The notes under the pieces: model-generated | Told to the model about the DNA's origin: nothing | Seen by the model: the letters and a program-made list of their open reading frames with translations, nothing else | The model's database searches: none | Source of the DNA: Patescibacteria group bacterium | Lineage (GTDB): Bacteria > Patescibacteriota > Patescibacteriia > Patescibacteriales > UBA12075 | Length of the DNA: 64,000 bases | NCBI GenBank assembly: GCA_018897195.1 | Contig: JAHILH010000001.1 | Span: 92,565 to 156,564, forward strand | Reading direction: 5' to 3' | Shown: positions 18,135 through 26,989 of the stretch, one piece after another | Layout: every line of letters begins with the position of its first letter | Numbering within the stretch: position 1 is the stretch's first letter | Position numbers and translations under genes: made by a program

Positions 18135-18143
18135 TACTATATA

Positions 18144-18186
18144 TCTCCATCTCCTGGTCAGGAGAGGGTCGGGGTGAGGTTGCAGT
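18144..18186 (-). repeat. GC-rich palindromic repeat, family 2, copy B (inverted)
   Basis: Reverse complement CTGCAACCTCACCCCGACCCTCTCCTGACCAGGAGATGGAGA shares 24 identical nt with copy A. Confidence 0.8.
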
Positions 18187-18226
18187 TTGATGCAATTACA
18201 CTTTTTAAATAACTAATCATAACTAT

Positions 18227-18463
18227 ATGTCGCAAGAAACAATCGAAAAAATTAAACAAGCGTTAGAAATCGTGAGACCGTCATTGCAAATGGATGGTGG
18301 TGACGTGCAATTTGTAAACTGGAATGAAAAAACCGGTATCCTTGAAGTTGCTTTGATGGGAATGTGTACTACTTGCCCAATGTCACAAATTACTTTGAAG
18401 CAAGGAATTGAAGTCGAGGTGCAAAAATTGGCGCCGGAAGTTTTGGAAGTGAAGGCGGTTTAA
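18227..18463 (+). CDS. NifU C-terminal domain / Nfu-type Fe-S carrier
   Basis: 78 aa, PSLQMDGGDVQFV and the CTTCPMS CxxC motif. Confidence 0.8.
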   Translation: MSQETIEKIKQALEIVRPSLQMDGGDVQFVNWNEKTGILEVALMGMCTTCPMSQITLKQGIEVEVQKLAPEVLEVKAV

Positions 18464-18489
18464 TCAGTAATTAAGTATCGTTTTTTTGG

Positions 18490-18524
18490 AAATAAAAGAG
18501 GCCTTGCTAATTTTTTGCAAGGCC
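18490..18524 (-). terminator. intrinsic terminator oriented for a minus-strand transcript
   Basis: GGCCTTGC / GCAAGGCC 8-bp stem. The U-run (UCUUUUAUUU) follows only on the minus strand. Confidence 0.6.
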
Positions 18525-18832
18525 AGGGATGAGAATGTTGATAGTTGACTGAGTGACAATTGTTTGTTGACACGGCCGGTGGGGGTGGCCTACATGATGT
18601 TTTCTTTGTCGTTGACCAAGGATTTTTCTCCGTTTTGAAGAGTTTTGGTTAGACGTCGGTGGGGTCGCTACACATGAATTTTTCCTCCTTGTTTTAAGGA
18701 TGAATCAATTGCTGCTGCCTTTTTCCGATGGACTTCCATCACCAATGGGTCTCACGTTTTCCCTCCTGTCAATTATACACATTTTTTCTCAATACTTTAA
18801 TTATAGCAAAAATTTAAAATTAATCAAATAAT

Positions 18833-20095
18833 ATGTCAAAAATATATCTAGATCACAGTGCCACAACGCCACTGGATAAACAAGTTTTAGACGCGATGTT
18901 GCCTTATTTTAGCGAAAAGTTTGGTAATGCGTCCTCAATCCACACTTTTGGACAAGAGGCGCTTTTGGGCGTGGACAAGGCGCGGGCGCAGGTAGCAAGT
19001 TTTTTAAACTGTGAGGCTGGGGAAATTATTTTTACATCTGGGGCAACTGAGGCAAATAATTTGGCCATCAAGGGCGTGATGAAAGCCTTGCGAAAACAAA
19101 ATAAAGATAAGAAGATGCACATCATCACTTCGCTAGTGGAGCATGATGCGATCTTGGAGCCAGTCGCGGAGATGCAATATGAGGGCGTGGAAGCATCGCA
19201 TGTTCCGGTCGGATCTAATGGTGTGATCAATTTGGAAAAATTTGAAAAAATGATCAAGGATAATACCGTCTTGGTTTCAATTATGATGGTGAACAGCGAA
19301 GTTGGTGCCATCCAACCGATTCGCGCGATTGGCAAGATTATTCGCAAACTCAATGAAAAGAGATTGAATGATTGGAATAAATTAGCACCAGCAGAACGAG
19401 GTGAAAAACCGCAACCGATTTATTTCCACACTGACGCAACCCAGGGAATTAATTTTTTGAACTGCGACGTTGAGTGGAATTATATTGATATGTTGTCCAT
19501 GTCCGCTCACAAAATTTACGGACCAAAGGGTGTTGGCGTTTTGTATAAACAAAAAGACGTTCCCATGTTAGCATTGCAACGTGGTGGTCATCACGAGGGC
19601 AATCTGCGCAGTGGCACTTTGAACGTGACTGGCATTGTCGGTTTGGGCGAAGCGATTGCCTTATTGGGTGAACGCAAAGAAAAGGGCGAATTAACTGACA
19701 AACAAATTGAAAACAATGCTTATCTGGCTAAATTGCGAAACAGATTAGTTGATGGAATTAAAAAGAATGTCGATGACATTGTTTTAAATACCGACTATGA
19801 AAATTGTACTCCATCTCACGCTCATTTCTCATTTATCGGCGTTGAAGGCGAGTCTGGCTTGATTTCCCTAGACATGGAAGGCATCGCGGTCTCAACTGGC
19901 TCAGCTTGCGCCTCTGGCAGTCTCAAAGCCTCTCACGTGCTAATGGCGATGGGCATTAAAAAAGAAATTTGCCACAATTCTATTCGTTTTACTTTGGGCA
20001 AAAATAACACTGAGGCGGAGATCGATTATGTGATTGAAAAATTGCCAGGACTTATTGAGAGATTGAGAAAAATGAACCCTATTTATAAAAAGTAA
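18833..20095 (+). CDS. iscS: cysteine desulfurase (NifS/IscS class)
   Basis: PLP-lysine context SMSAHKIYGPKG; catalytic Cys loop STGSACASGS; 420 aa. Confidence 0.9.
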   Translation: MSKIYLDHSATTPLDKQVLDAMLPYFSEKFGNASSIHTFGQEALLGVDKARAQVASFLNCEAGEIIFTSGATEANNLAIKGVMKALRKQNKDKKMHIITSLVEHDAILEPVAEMQYEGVEASHVPVGSNGVINLEKFEKMIKDNTVLVSIMMVNSEVGAIQPIRAIGKIIRKLNEKRLNDWNKLAPAERGEKPQPIYFHTDATQGINFLNCDVEWNYIDMLSMSAHKIYGPKGVGVLYKQKDVPMLALQRGGHHEGNLRSGTLNVTGIVGLGEAIALLGERKEKGELTDKQIENNAYLAKLRNRLVDGIKKNVDDIVLNTDYENCTPSHAHFSFIGVEGESGLISLDMEGIAVSTGSACASGSLKASHVLMAMGIKKEICHNSIRFTLGKNNTEAEIDYVIEKLPGLIERLRKMNPIYKK

Positions 20096-20108
20096 AAACA
20101 CTATCCCT

Positions 20109-20699
20109 ATGAAAGCAGTAATTTTTGATTTTGATGGAGTGATCCACGATACCTTTGATTTCCATCGCAAAAAACTCGAGGAGTATGCTGGTCTTACATT
20201 GTCTGAGCAGGATTTTCGGGATATTCATAATGGGAATTTTTTTAAAAGCACAGTTGCGGGGATTCAGAATATGAATTGGTTGGGGTATCGGGATTATATT
20301 AATCTGGATATAGCCGCCTTGAAAATAAAAGACAATATTAAAAAAGTTCTTTTGGAGTTGAATAATAGATATGAATTATTTATAGTCACCTCGGGTGGTA
20401 CGAAAAATATCTCCGATTATTTGAAGAATAATAACGTCCTGGACGTTTTTAAGGAAATTTTGGGGTTGGAGGCGAATAAAATGAAGGTTGATAAATTTAA
20501 TTTTATATTTAATCGGTATGCACTAGTGCCAGCTGATTGCATTTTTGTGACTGATACGTTGGGTGATATTTTGGAGGCCAATACTGTTAATTTGAAAACG
20601 ATTGCGATCGATTCTGGATTTCATAACCGGGAAACATTGGAGAGAGGTAATCCATTTAGAATGATTTCTAGTATGGAAGAATTGTCGGATAATATTTAA
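20109..20699 (+). CDS. HAD-superfamily hydrolase
   Basis: Motif I VIFDFDGVI, motif II VTSGG, motif IV TDTLGDI. Confidence 0.75.
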   Translation: MKAVIFDFDGVIHDTFDFHRKKLEEYAGLTLSEQDFRDIHNGNFFKSTVAGIQNMNWLGYRDYINLDIAALKIKDNIKKVLLELNNRYELFIVTSGGTKNISDYLKNNNVLDVFKEILGLEANKMKVDKFNFIFNRYALVPADCIFVTDTLGDILEANTVNLKTIAIDSGFHNRETLERGNPFRMISSMEELSDNI

Positions 20700-20721
20700 T
20701 AAAGTAATTAAATAAAATTTT

Positions 20722-21039
20722 ATGACGATACAACAATTAACGGAATTAATAATGTTGCAGGCCAAGGAGAAGGGTTTTGGTGTAAAGCCGGAGGATGTTA
20801 ATGTGGCGGAAAAAATCGCCTTGATTCATTCTGAAGTTTCTGAGGCATATGAAGCTTATCGGCATAAGAATATTGATGGCAAGGATGGTCTTAAGGAAGA
20901 GCTTGGTGATGCAGTACAACGAATATTGCATCTATGCGGTGTTTTAAATATTGATGTCACTGATTCAATTTTGAAAAAGATTGATTATAATAAGGATAGA
21001 AAATGGGATTGGAATGAGATGAATGAAAAGCACGCTTAG
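20722..21039 (+). CDS. MazG-like nucleotide pyrophosphohydrolase (single domain)
   Basis: 105 aa; EVSEAYEAYR ... ELGDAVQRILHL four-helix EExxE/D pattern. Confidence 0.6.
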   Translation: MTIQQLTELIMLQAKEKGFGVKPEDVNVAEKIALIHSEVSEAYEAYRHKNIDGKDGLKEELGDAVQRILHLCGVLNIDVTDSILKKIDYNKDRKWDWNEMNEKHA

Positions 21040-21106
21040 TTTAAAAAGGAAAAAGAAAAAAGGGATTTGATTGCCATTGAATTTAGCACTCTAATCCCTT
21101 TTGTGT

Positions 21107-21373
21107 TTAAAAAATTATATCCTTAATTGCTGTCGTTAAAATTGTTATTCCTAGGGTTCCAATAACAAAGAGGAGTACGCCGATTAGAGCTATTACCACT
21201 TCGCCGATAAGCATTATGACGTGATAGCGGACGAATCCAATTGTTTCTTCAACGATTGCAGCTTCCTCATCGGAGTCATTTGACATGCCGATTTGAACAA
21301 ACCAGACACCAAGAAAGATAAGAATAAAACTAAAGAGCAAAAAACAAATAATCTTGATAATATTTAAATCCAT
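21107..21373 (-). CDS. small 2-TM membrane protein
   Basis: 88 aa, two long hydrophobic helices separated by the acidic loop SNDSDEEAAIVEE. Confidence 0.4.
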   Translation of the reverse strand: MDLNIIKIICFLLFSFILIFLGVWFVQIGMSNDSDEEAAIVEETIGFVRYHVIMLIGEVVIALIGVLLFVIGTLGITILTTAIKDIIF

Positions 21374-21742
21374 TTCCTTACTCCGTGTATAAGTTGGAAG
21401 TTGTTGATATTTGATTATTTATGATAAATTAACAAATTCTTTATCATTTGTCAATAATCATCAATAATTCATCGAGGATAAACAAAAAACGAAGTCCAAG
21501 GATTTCGTTTTTTGTTTGATCTATTCTTTTAAAAAAGAGCGATTTTTCTAGATAATTCTTTGAAAAATTTAATAAAAAAATTTTGGGAAAGGTAATAGTC
21601 GGTATTTGTTTTTGGAAAAAAAGAGACTTCATTTTTTCTTAGATTTGATTGGATATTCATATGTTTAATCTTGATTATTTATTACATTTTTAAGTATACA
21701 TTGGCATGGTTAAGTAGATATTATTTATTTATTAAGCGTGGA

Positions 21743-22261
21743 TTAAATATTTTCTTTTCCAAAGATCATGACGGTGACTAACTGATCAACACCGTTTAAA
21801 TTGACATAGTCAAAGACGACGCCTACTTCGTCGAAATTTGGGTAAAGCATGTTGCGGCGGTGGGTGGGTGAATTTAGCCAGGCTTGGACAAGCTCATTGT
21901 TGTCGTTGTAATTTTTCGCCAGGTTTTCACCGGCGTATTGGTAATTGTAACTTATGTCATTAAGGAAGTTTTTTAAGGATTTATTGCTTGGACTGTAATG
22001 GTCGAAGTAGTGACTGGTCTGCATGTCAGCTATTTTAAATTTTGCTAGCCTTGTTAAGTCAGCACTAAATACTAATGGTTTAAGGCCAAGCTCTTTGCGG
22101 GCGGCATTGTTAATATTGATTATTTCCGCGGTGCTTAAATTTGATTTGATTTGATGAAAATTGTCCATGCCGACCGCCTCTACTAAAAATGGTCCCTGGC
22201 TAACGAAAAAGAAGATTATTAAGGCGATTATGGCTTTTTTATATAATTTAGTTCTTTTCAT
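21743..22261 (-). CDS. secreted CAP/SCP (YkwD-like) domain protein
   Basis: Signal-like MKRTKLYKKAIIALIIFFFV (alternative upstream ATG at 22291); YAGENLA and AWLNSPTHRRNML motifs. Confidence 0.8.
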   Translation of the reverse strand: MKRTKLYKKAIIALIIFFFVSQGPFLVEAVGMDNFHQIKSNLSTAEIININNAARKELGLKPLVFSADLTRLAKFKIADMQTSHYFDHYSPSNKSLKNFLNDISYNYQYAGENLAKNYNDNNELVQAWLNSPTHRRNMLYPNFDEVGVVFDYVNLNGVDQLVTVMIFGKENI

Positions 22262-22427
22262 ATGTTTTTGGTTACTTTTAATGTATCGCATCAAGATTAT
22301 TCTTTTATTATAAAATTATTACAAGTAGATTAGAGTATTTTTTATTGTGCCCAAATTACAATTATGTTATACTATGAAAAGTTAATTAAATAATTATTTT
22401 CTACTGCTATGCGCAGTTTTATTTTTT

Positions 22428-22778
22428 ATGTCAAAATTACAAGAAGTATTCGATCGAATACAAAAAACCAAAAAAGAGCAAAAAGAGCTTAAATCCATGT
22501 TTCGTGATTCCTTAGTGAATTCTAAGAGTTATCAAGAGGCGGTTGAAGATTTAAAGGTTTTGCGCGACAAGAAGAAGAAAATTGAGGATGCAATTAAGGA
22601 AGATTTTAATTCAGAATTGGCCAAATTAGATATTTTAAAGTCGGATATTGATAACGATTATATGCTTTTGAGTGATGCGGCCTTAACCAAAATTATGAAG
22701 GGAGAGATGATAGAGGTGGTTGATGAAAAAGATAATAAATATGAGCCTATCTTTAGTGTAAAATTTAAAAAATCTTAA
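22428..22778 (+). CDS. coiled-coil protein, unknown function
   Basis: 116 aa, highly charged heptad-like sequence. Confidence 0.35.
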   Translation: MSKLQEVFDRIQKTKKEQKELKSMFRDSLVNSKSYQEAVEDLKVLRDKKKKIEDAIKEDFNSELAKLDILKSDIDNDYMLLSDAALTKIMKGEMIEVVDEKDNKYEPIFSVKFKKS

Positions 22779-22896
22779 TTCCTTAATAGCTTGATTTTAT
22801 ATTTAAAAAATACTATAATATTAGTAGTATTTTGAATTTATTGATAATTTCGCTTTATTAATTAAAGCTGGATTTATTGGTTAATATTGTAATTCG

Positions 22897-23508
22897 ATGT
22901 CTAAGTGGCAAATTTTAATTTACGGCGTAGCACTATATTTTGTTTTGTCATTTATTGGCAAACGGATTTTTGATATTTTATTTAAGGGTTTTGCCCCTTT
23001 TGTTTCTTCACGTCCTTGGGTAATTAATCAGATGTTGAGTGAGATTAAGAAATTGGGCCTTAAGTGGAATTTTCAGGTTATCTCAATTGGTAGCGGTCGG
23101 TCCGGGTTGTTGTACGCTATAGAAAAAAATTTCCCGAAAGTTGATTGTATTGGTATTGACGATGCTATTTGGCCGATTTTCGTGTCGCGGGTGCAAGTTT
23201 TTTTTCACCGTAGCGCAATCAAAGTTCGGCGTCAAGAATTGCGTCGGATTGATGTTAGCAAGGTCGATTTGATTTACTTAAAGCTTGATTTGGTAAAATT
23301 GCGAGAATTTGAAAAAAAATTTAAATTTGAATGCAAACCTGGAACAGTTGTCATGAGCAATGGTTTTGTTATTCCGAATATGCCCGTCACGAGAGTAATT
23401 GATTTGGAAAGAAAAAAAGGACGTTTTTCTTTTTTTTCTGGTGATACGAAAAAATCAAAAGCAAAGAAAAACAAAGAAGAAAATAAAGTTTTTGTTTATG
23501 TTCTCTAA
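22897..23508 (+). CDS. membrane-anchored putative SAM-dependent methyltransferase
   Basis: N-terminal TM; VISIGSGRSGLLYAIEKNFPKVDCIGIDD resembles methyltransferase motifs I/II. Confidence 0.4.
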   Translation: MSKWQILIYGVALYFVLSFIGKRIFDILFKGFAPFVSSRPWVINQMLSEIKKLGLKWNFQVISIGSGRSGLLYAIEKNFPKVDCIGIDDAIWPIFVSRVQVFFHRSAIKVRRQELRRIDVSKVDLIYLKLDLVKLREFEKKFKFECKPGTVVMSNGFVIPNMPVTRVIDLERKKGRFSFFSGDTKKSKAKKNKEENKVFVYVL

Positions 23509-24115
23509 TTTGATAATTAGAATTTTTAAAAATAAGTTTTTTCTGGGATTATTATTTTTGTTATTTTTAACTACGGGATGTGGACAACAGGATAAGGATA
23601 TTTATCAAGATAGTTGGAAGGAAGACGTGTTGTTGTCGCAAGAGTGTGGTTTGAGTGGACTAACCTGCTGCTTTAATGAGGAAAGTAAATGCGAACAAGG
23701 CTTGGAGTGTTGTCTTGATCCCAGTGATCAGAGTAAGGGGTATTGCGGTGAAGGTTGTGGCTTCGGGCAGGTGAGTAAATATTGTCGCAAGGACGAGCCG
23801 AGATGTGACGGCACTGCGATCTGTGTAGATAATTACTGCGCTGAATGTGGAGTGACTGGTAATCCGTGCTGCGTTAACAATGGGTGCGCCGATCAAGACA
23901 AGAAAGACGACTCACGCGCTGAATGCCTTGGCAGTATCTGCTCTCTCTGTGGGGGCAGTGGTGAACCTTCATGTCCGAATGGTTTTAAATGTGAACCCGG
24001 CAATTTGGATAATGGTGGCTTTTGTAATAAGTGTGGCGGCCTAACGCAACCTTGTTGTAATAGTGAAAAGTCCTGTAATAAGGGTTTTAAATGTCAGTTA
24101 GGGTTTTGTAGTTAA
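23498..24115 (+). CDS. cysteine-rich repeat lipoprotein
   Basis: Start moved to ATG 23498 (MFSNLIIRIFKNKFFLGLLFLLFLTTGC, lipobox LTTGC). Five ~30-aa units of pattern CG-x(3-6)-CC-x(4-6)-C-x(5)-C-x(4-10)-C. Confidence 0.6.
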   Translation: MFSNLIIRIFKNKFFLGLLFLLFLTTGCGQQDKDIYQDSWKEDVLLSQECGLSGLTCCFNEESKCEQGLECCLDPSDQSKGYCGEGCGFGQVSKYCRKDEPRCDGTAICVDNYCAECGVTGNPCCVNNGCADQDKKDDSRAECLGSICSLCGGSGEPSCPNGFKCEPGNLDNGGFCNKCGGLTQPCCNSEKSCNKGFKCQLGFCS

Positions 24116-24131
24116 TTAATTATATAAATAT

Positions 24132-24359
24132 ATGGAAAATTTATTTAAAAAAATCAATCATAAAATTAATAGTTTGATTTGGTCTTTACTTAGTTCCGGC
24201 ATCCTTTTATTGCTGATGGCAATATTAATTGTCTGGACTGATTTTTTATTAAGGATTATTTTTAGTTTAATTACCTTAATTATTGCTTATATATTTTTAG
24301 TCAGCGCTTACAAGTTGTGGCATTTGAAAAAAGATATCACAAGTCATTTCAAATTTTAA
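24132..24359 (+). CDS. small 2-TM membrane protein
   Basis: 75-aa ORF with two hydrophobic helices. Confidence 0.4.
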   Translation: MENLFKKINHKINSLIWSLLSSGILLLLMAILIVWTDFLLRIIFSLITLIIAYIFLVSAYKLWHLKKDITSHFKF

Positions 24360-24364
24360 AAACA

Positions 24365-26029
24365 ATGTTCAATCCAACCTTATCAAAAAAAACTGACACG
24401 CCGCTAACTCCTAATGATGACTCAAAGAAGCTTTTTCAGGCTATCTATAAAAAGCAAAATAAAAAGGAATCTGGTAGTGACGACGTACAAAAAATTAATG
24501 TCTCCGACTTGGTTTCTAAGATGTCTTTTTACTATGAAAAAATTAGAAACTCAGTTGATTATAAGGAGGATAATTTATTGCGTAAAAACGCGATTGAGCG
24601 AATTTTGAAGCGACATATTGTGATTGAGAATGTGGTTTCACTCAAAGATGTTAATAGTCAAGACGTTTCTCGTCATTTACTTGTGGAATTGATTCGGGCT
24701 GGTTATATGCCCAATAATTCGATTCCAGAAAGCAAGATTGATGAATTCTCGGTGGTAATTGCTAAATATCTGCAATTAAAAAAATATTTCTTAGAATATT
24801 TCCGAGAGAAAAAGATACAAGAGCGTAATGAAATGAGCAATTGGGTTCTTTCTTTGTGTGCGACAGACTTGGAAGAGCGCATTGGTCGTTCTGACGTTGA
24901 TAATGTGTTGGTCGCTTATATGTATGACATTCTAACGGCTGGTGTGAAGTTTGAGAATGGATCTGAGTATGAAAAGGATCGTGATATTCAAATTTATATC
25001 GGTATTCACTCGACGATGATGAAGTATGATCATAGTATGGTCTCGTTCTTGTTGTTCAAATATTTTAATGCTGGCTGGGATAGTGCGACCGATGAGCAGG
25101 TAAAAGAGGTGGCAGTGAATATTTTTTCACTTAAGGCGGCTATTGATGGGCAAATTCATCATCCTATTACCGGACAATTGCGAAAAATAATTAGTCGCTA
25201 TACTGTTTATTTCACTATGCTTATGGATGTCATTGAGGACGATTGCGTTGGTATTTATAATTCTTTCAGTGCTGATCCCAAGGCTTTTCCGCATCATATT
25301 AAGCGCGTGTGCGAAGTTCGTTACAAGGGAACCAAGAAAAAATTATGGCGCGCGGCGATTCGTAGCTTGATCTATGTCTTTATTACCAAATCTATTTTAG
25401 CCTTTGTTCTTGAGGTGCCGGTGACAAAATGGCTAGGCGAGGAGTTGAACACAACATCCTTGATGATTAATATTGCTTTTCCAGTTGCATTGCTCTTTGT
25501 GGTGGTAGCTTTGACTAAGTTGCCGTCAAAGGAGAATTCTGAAAAGATTGTTAGTGGTATAGAGGAAATTGTCTTTATTGAAAAAAAGCGTACTGAGCCA
25601 ATCGTAATGCGTCAACCAATTAAACAAGGTGGTCTTATGAACGCAATTTTTGGCATTATTTATGCGGCAACTTTTTTAACGTCTTTTGGAGCCGTGGTCT
25701 GGGCTTTGCAAAAAATTAACTTTCATTTTGTCAGTATTACTATTTTCTTATTTTTCTTGGCTCTGATTAGTTTCTTTGGTATTAGAATTCGTCGCAATAC
25801 TAGAGAGTTAATCGTGATTCCGCCAAGAGAAAATATTTTGAATTTTATTTTGGACTTCTTCTATGTTCCAGTGATTGCGGTGGGCAAGTGGTTGAGTGAG
25901 AAGTTTTCCCAGGTAAACGTCTTCGTTTTTATTCTTGATTTTATTATTGAAGCTCCGTTTAAGATTTTTGTGGAAATTGCTGAAGAATGGACGAAATATG
26001 TGAAGAATCGAAAGGATGAGATATCTTAA
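24365..26029 (+). CDS. large membrane protein (soluble N-terminal ~340 aa plus 4-5 C-terminal TM helices), unknown function
   Basis: Start moved to ATG 24365 (MFNPTLSKK); no catalytic motif recognised. Confidence 0.5.
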   Translation: MFNPTLSKKTDTPLTPNDDSKKLFQAIYKKQNKKESGSDDVQKINVSDLVSKMSFYYEKIRNSVDYKEDNLLRKNAIERILKRHIVIENVVSLKDVNSQDVSRHLLVELIRAGYMPNNSIPESKIDEFSVVIAKYLQLKKYFLEYFREKKIQERNEMSNWVLSLCATDLEERIGRSDVDNVLVAYMYDILTAGVKFENGSEYEKDRDIQIYIGIHSTMMKYDHSMVSFLLFKYFNAGWDSATDEQVKEVAVNIFSLKAAIDGQIHHPITGQLRKIISRYTVYFTMLMDVIEDDCVGIYNSFSADPKAFPHHIKRVCEVRYKGTKKKLWRAAIRSLIYVFITKSILAFVLEVPVTKWLGEELNTTSLMINIAFPVALLFVVVALTKLPSKENSEKIVSGIEEIVFIEKKRTEPIVMRQPIKQGGLMNAIFGIIYAATFLTSFGAVVWALQKINFHFVSITIFLFFLALISFFGIRIRRNTRELIVIPPRENILNFILDFFYVPVIAVGKWLSEKFSQVNVFVFILDFIIEAPFKIFVEIAEEWTKYVKNRKDEIS

Positions 26030-26038
26030 TTTGTCTTC

Positions 26039-26208
26039 CGTCATCCCCGCGAAGGCGGGGATCCAGGCGCCACAAATTTTGGATATATAATTATAGAGAC
26101 TTTTTTTAAAAAAATATTAATAACAATAAATACTTCATATATTTTAACTCTCCTTAAATGGAAAACAATATACGAGGTACCTGGATTCCCGCCTTCGCGG
26201 GAATGACG
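26039..26208 (+). repeat. MITE-like element E3 (170 bp)
   Basis: CGTCATCCCCGCGAAGGCGGGGATCCAGG ... TATAATTATAGAGAC ... ATATACGAGGTACCTGGATTCCCGCCTTCGCGGGAATGACG; 9 nt after the upstream stop, 14 nt before the rsmI ATG. Confidence 0.85.
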
Positions 26209-26222
26209 AGGAAATAAATACA

Positions 26223-26984
26223 ATGAATACTTTATATATTGTCGGTACGCCGATAGGTAATTTAGAAGATATTAGTATGCGAGCTCTCCGTATTCTAGGA
26301 GAGGTTGATTTTGTGCTGTGCGAGGACACACGCGTGACTGGAGTTTTGTTGCATCGCTATGACATTAAGACGAAGATGATCTCTTATCATCAGCATTCGG
26401 ATGAGAATAAAAATAAGCAGATTTTAAAATTATTGGCTGACGGCAAAAATCTCGCTCTTGTTACTGATGCTGGGACACCTGGCATCTCTGATCCAGGTGG
26501 CCGCTTGGTCCAAGATGTAATTGAGAAATTTGGCAGCGATGATGGTGTGAAAATAGAATCTGTGCCTGGTCCATCAGCGGTAACGGCGGCCTTATCTATT
26601 TCAGGAATTGCCACCGACAAATTTATTTTTTTAGGTTTTTTACCACACAAAAAAGGTCGTCAAACTTTCTTGGATCGGATTCCCGAAACCCATGACCCGA
26701 TTGTGATTTATGAATCTAAGCATCGAATTATTAAACTACTTCAAGAATTAATTGAGGTTAATAAAAAAAGTGAAGAGTACAATCTTAAGTTGGAAGAAAT
26801 GGATCCCTATCAAAAGAAGAAACAGGGCCTAGAGAGAAAAAGGCAAGTGACTTCAGTAGTTGTTTGCCGTGAATTATCCAAGATGCACGAAACTGTTTAT
26901 CGTGGTGATTTGGAAACTATTATTAAGAGAATTGAAGAAAATAAAGACGATCAAAAAGGAGAATTTGTTGTTATTATCGCTTAA
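26223..26984 (+). CDS. rsmI: 16S rRNA 2'-O-methyltransferase RsmI
   Basis: LYIVGTPIGNLEDISMRALRILGEVDFVLCEDTR and TDAGTPGISDPG motifs. Confidence 0.88.
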   Translation: MNTLYIVGTPIGNLEDISMRALRILGEVDFVLCEDTRVTGVLLHRYDIKTKMISYHQHSDENKNKQILKLLADGKNLALVTDAGTPGISDPGGRLVQDVIEKFGSDDGVKIESVPGPSAVTAALSISGIATDKFIFLGFLPHKKGRQTFLDRIPETHDPIVIYESKHRIIKLLQELIEVNKKSEEYNLKLEEMDPYQKKKQGLERKRQVTSVVVCRELSKMHETVYRGDLETIIKRIEENKDDQKGEFVVIIA

Positions 26985-26989
26985 ATATT

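Noticed and set aside
21444-21632. 62-aa minus-strand ORF in the 370-bp AT-rich spacer
   Set aside because: It has low-complexity Phe/Lys/Leu composition, contains a bidirectional terminator hairpin (about 21484-21515) within the frame, and has no RBS or conservation cue.
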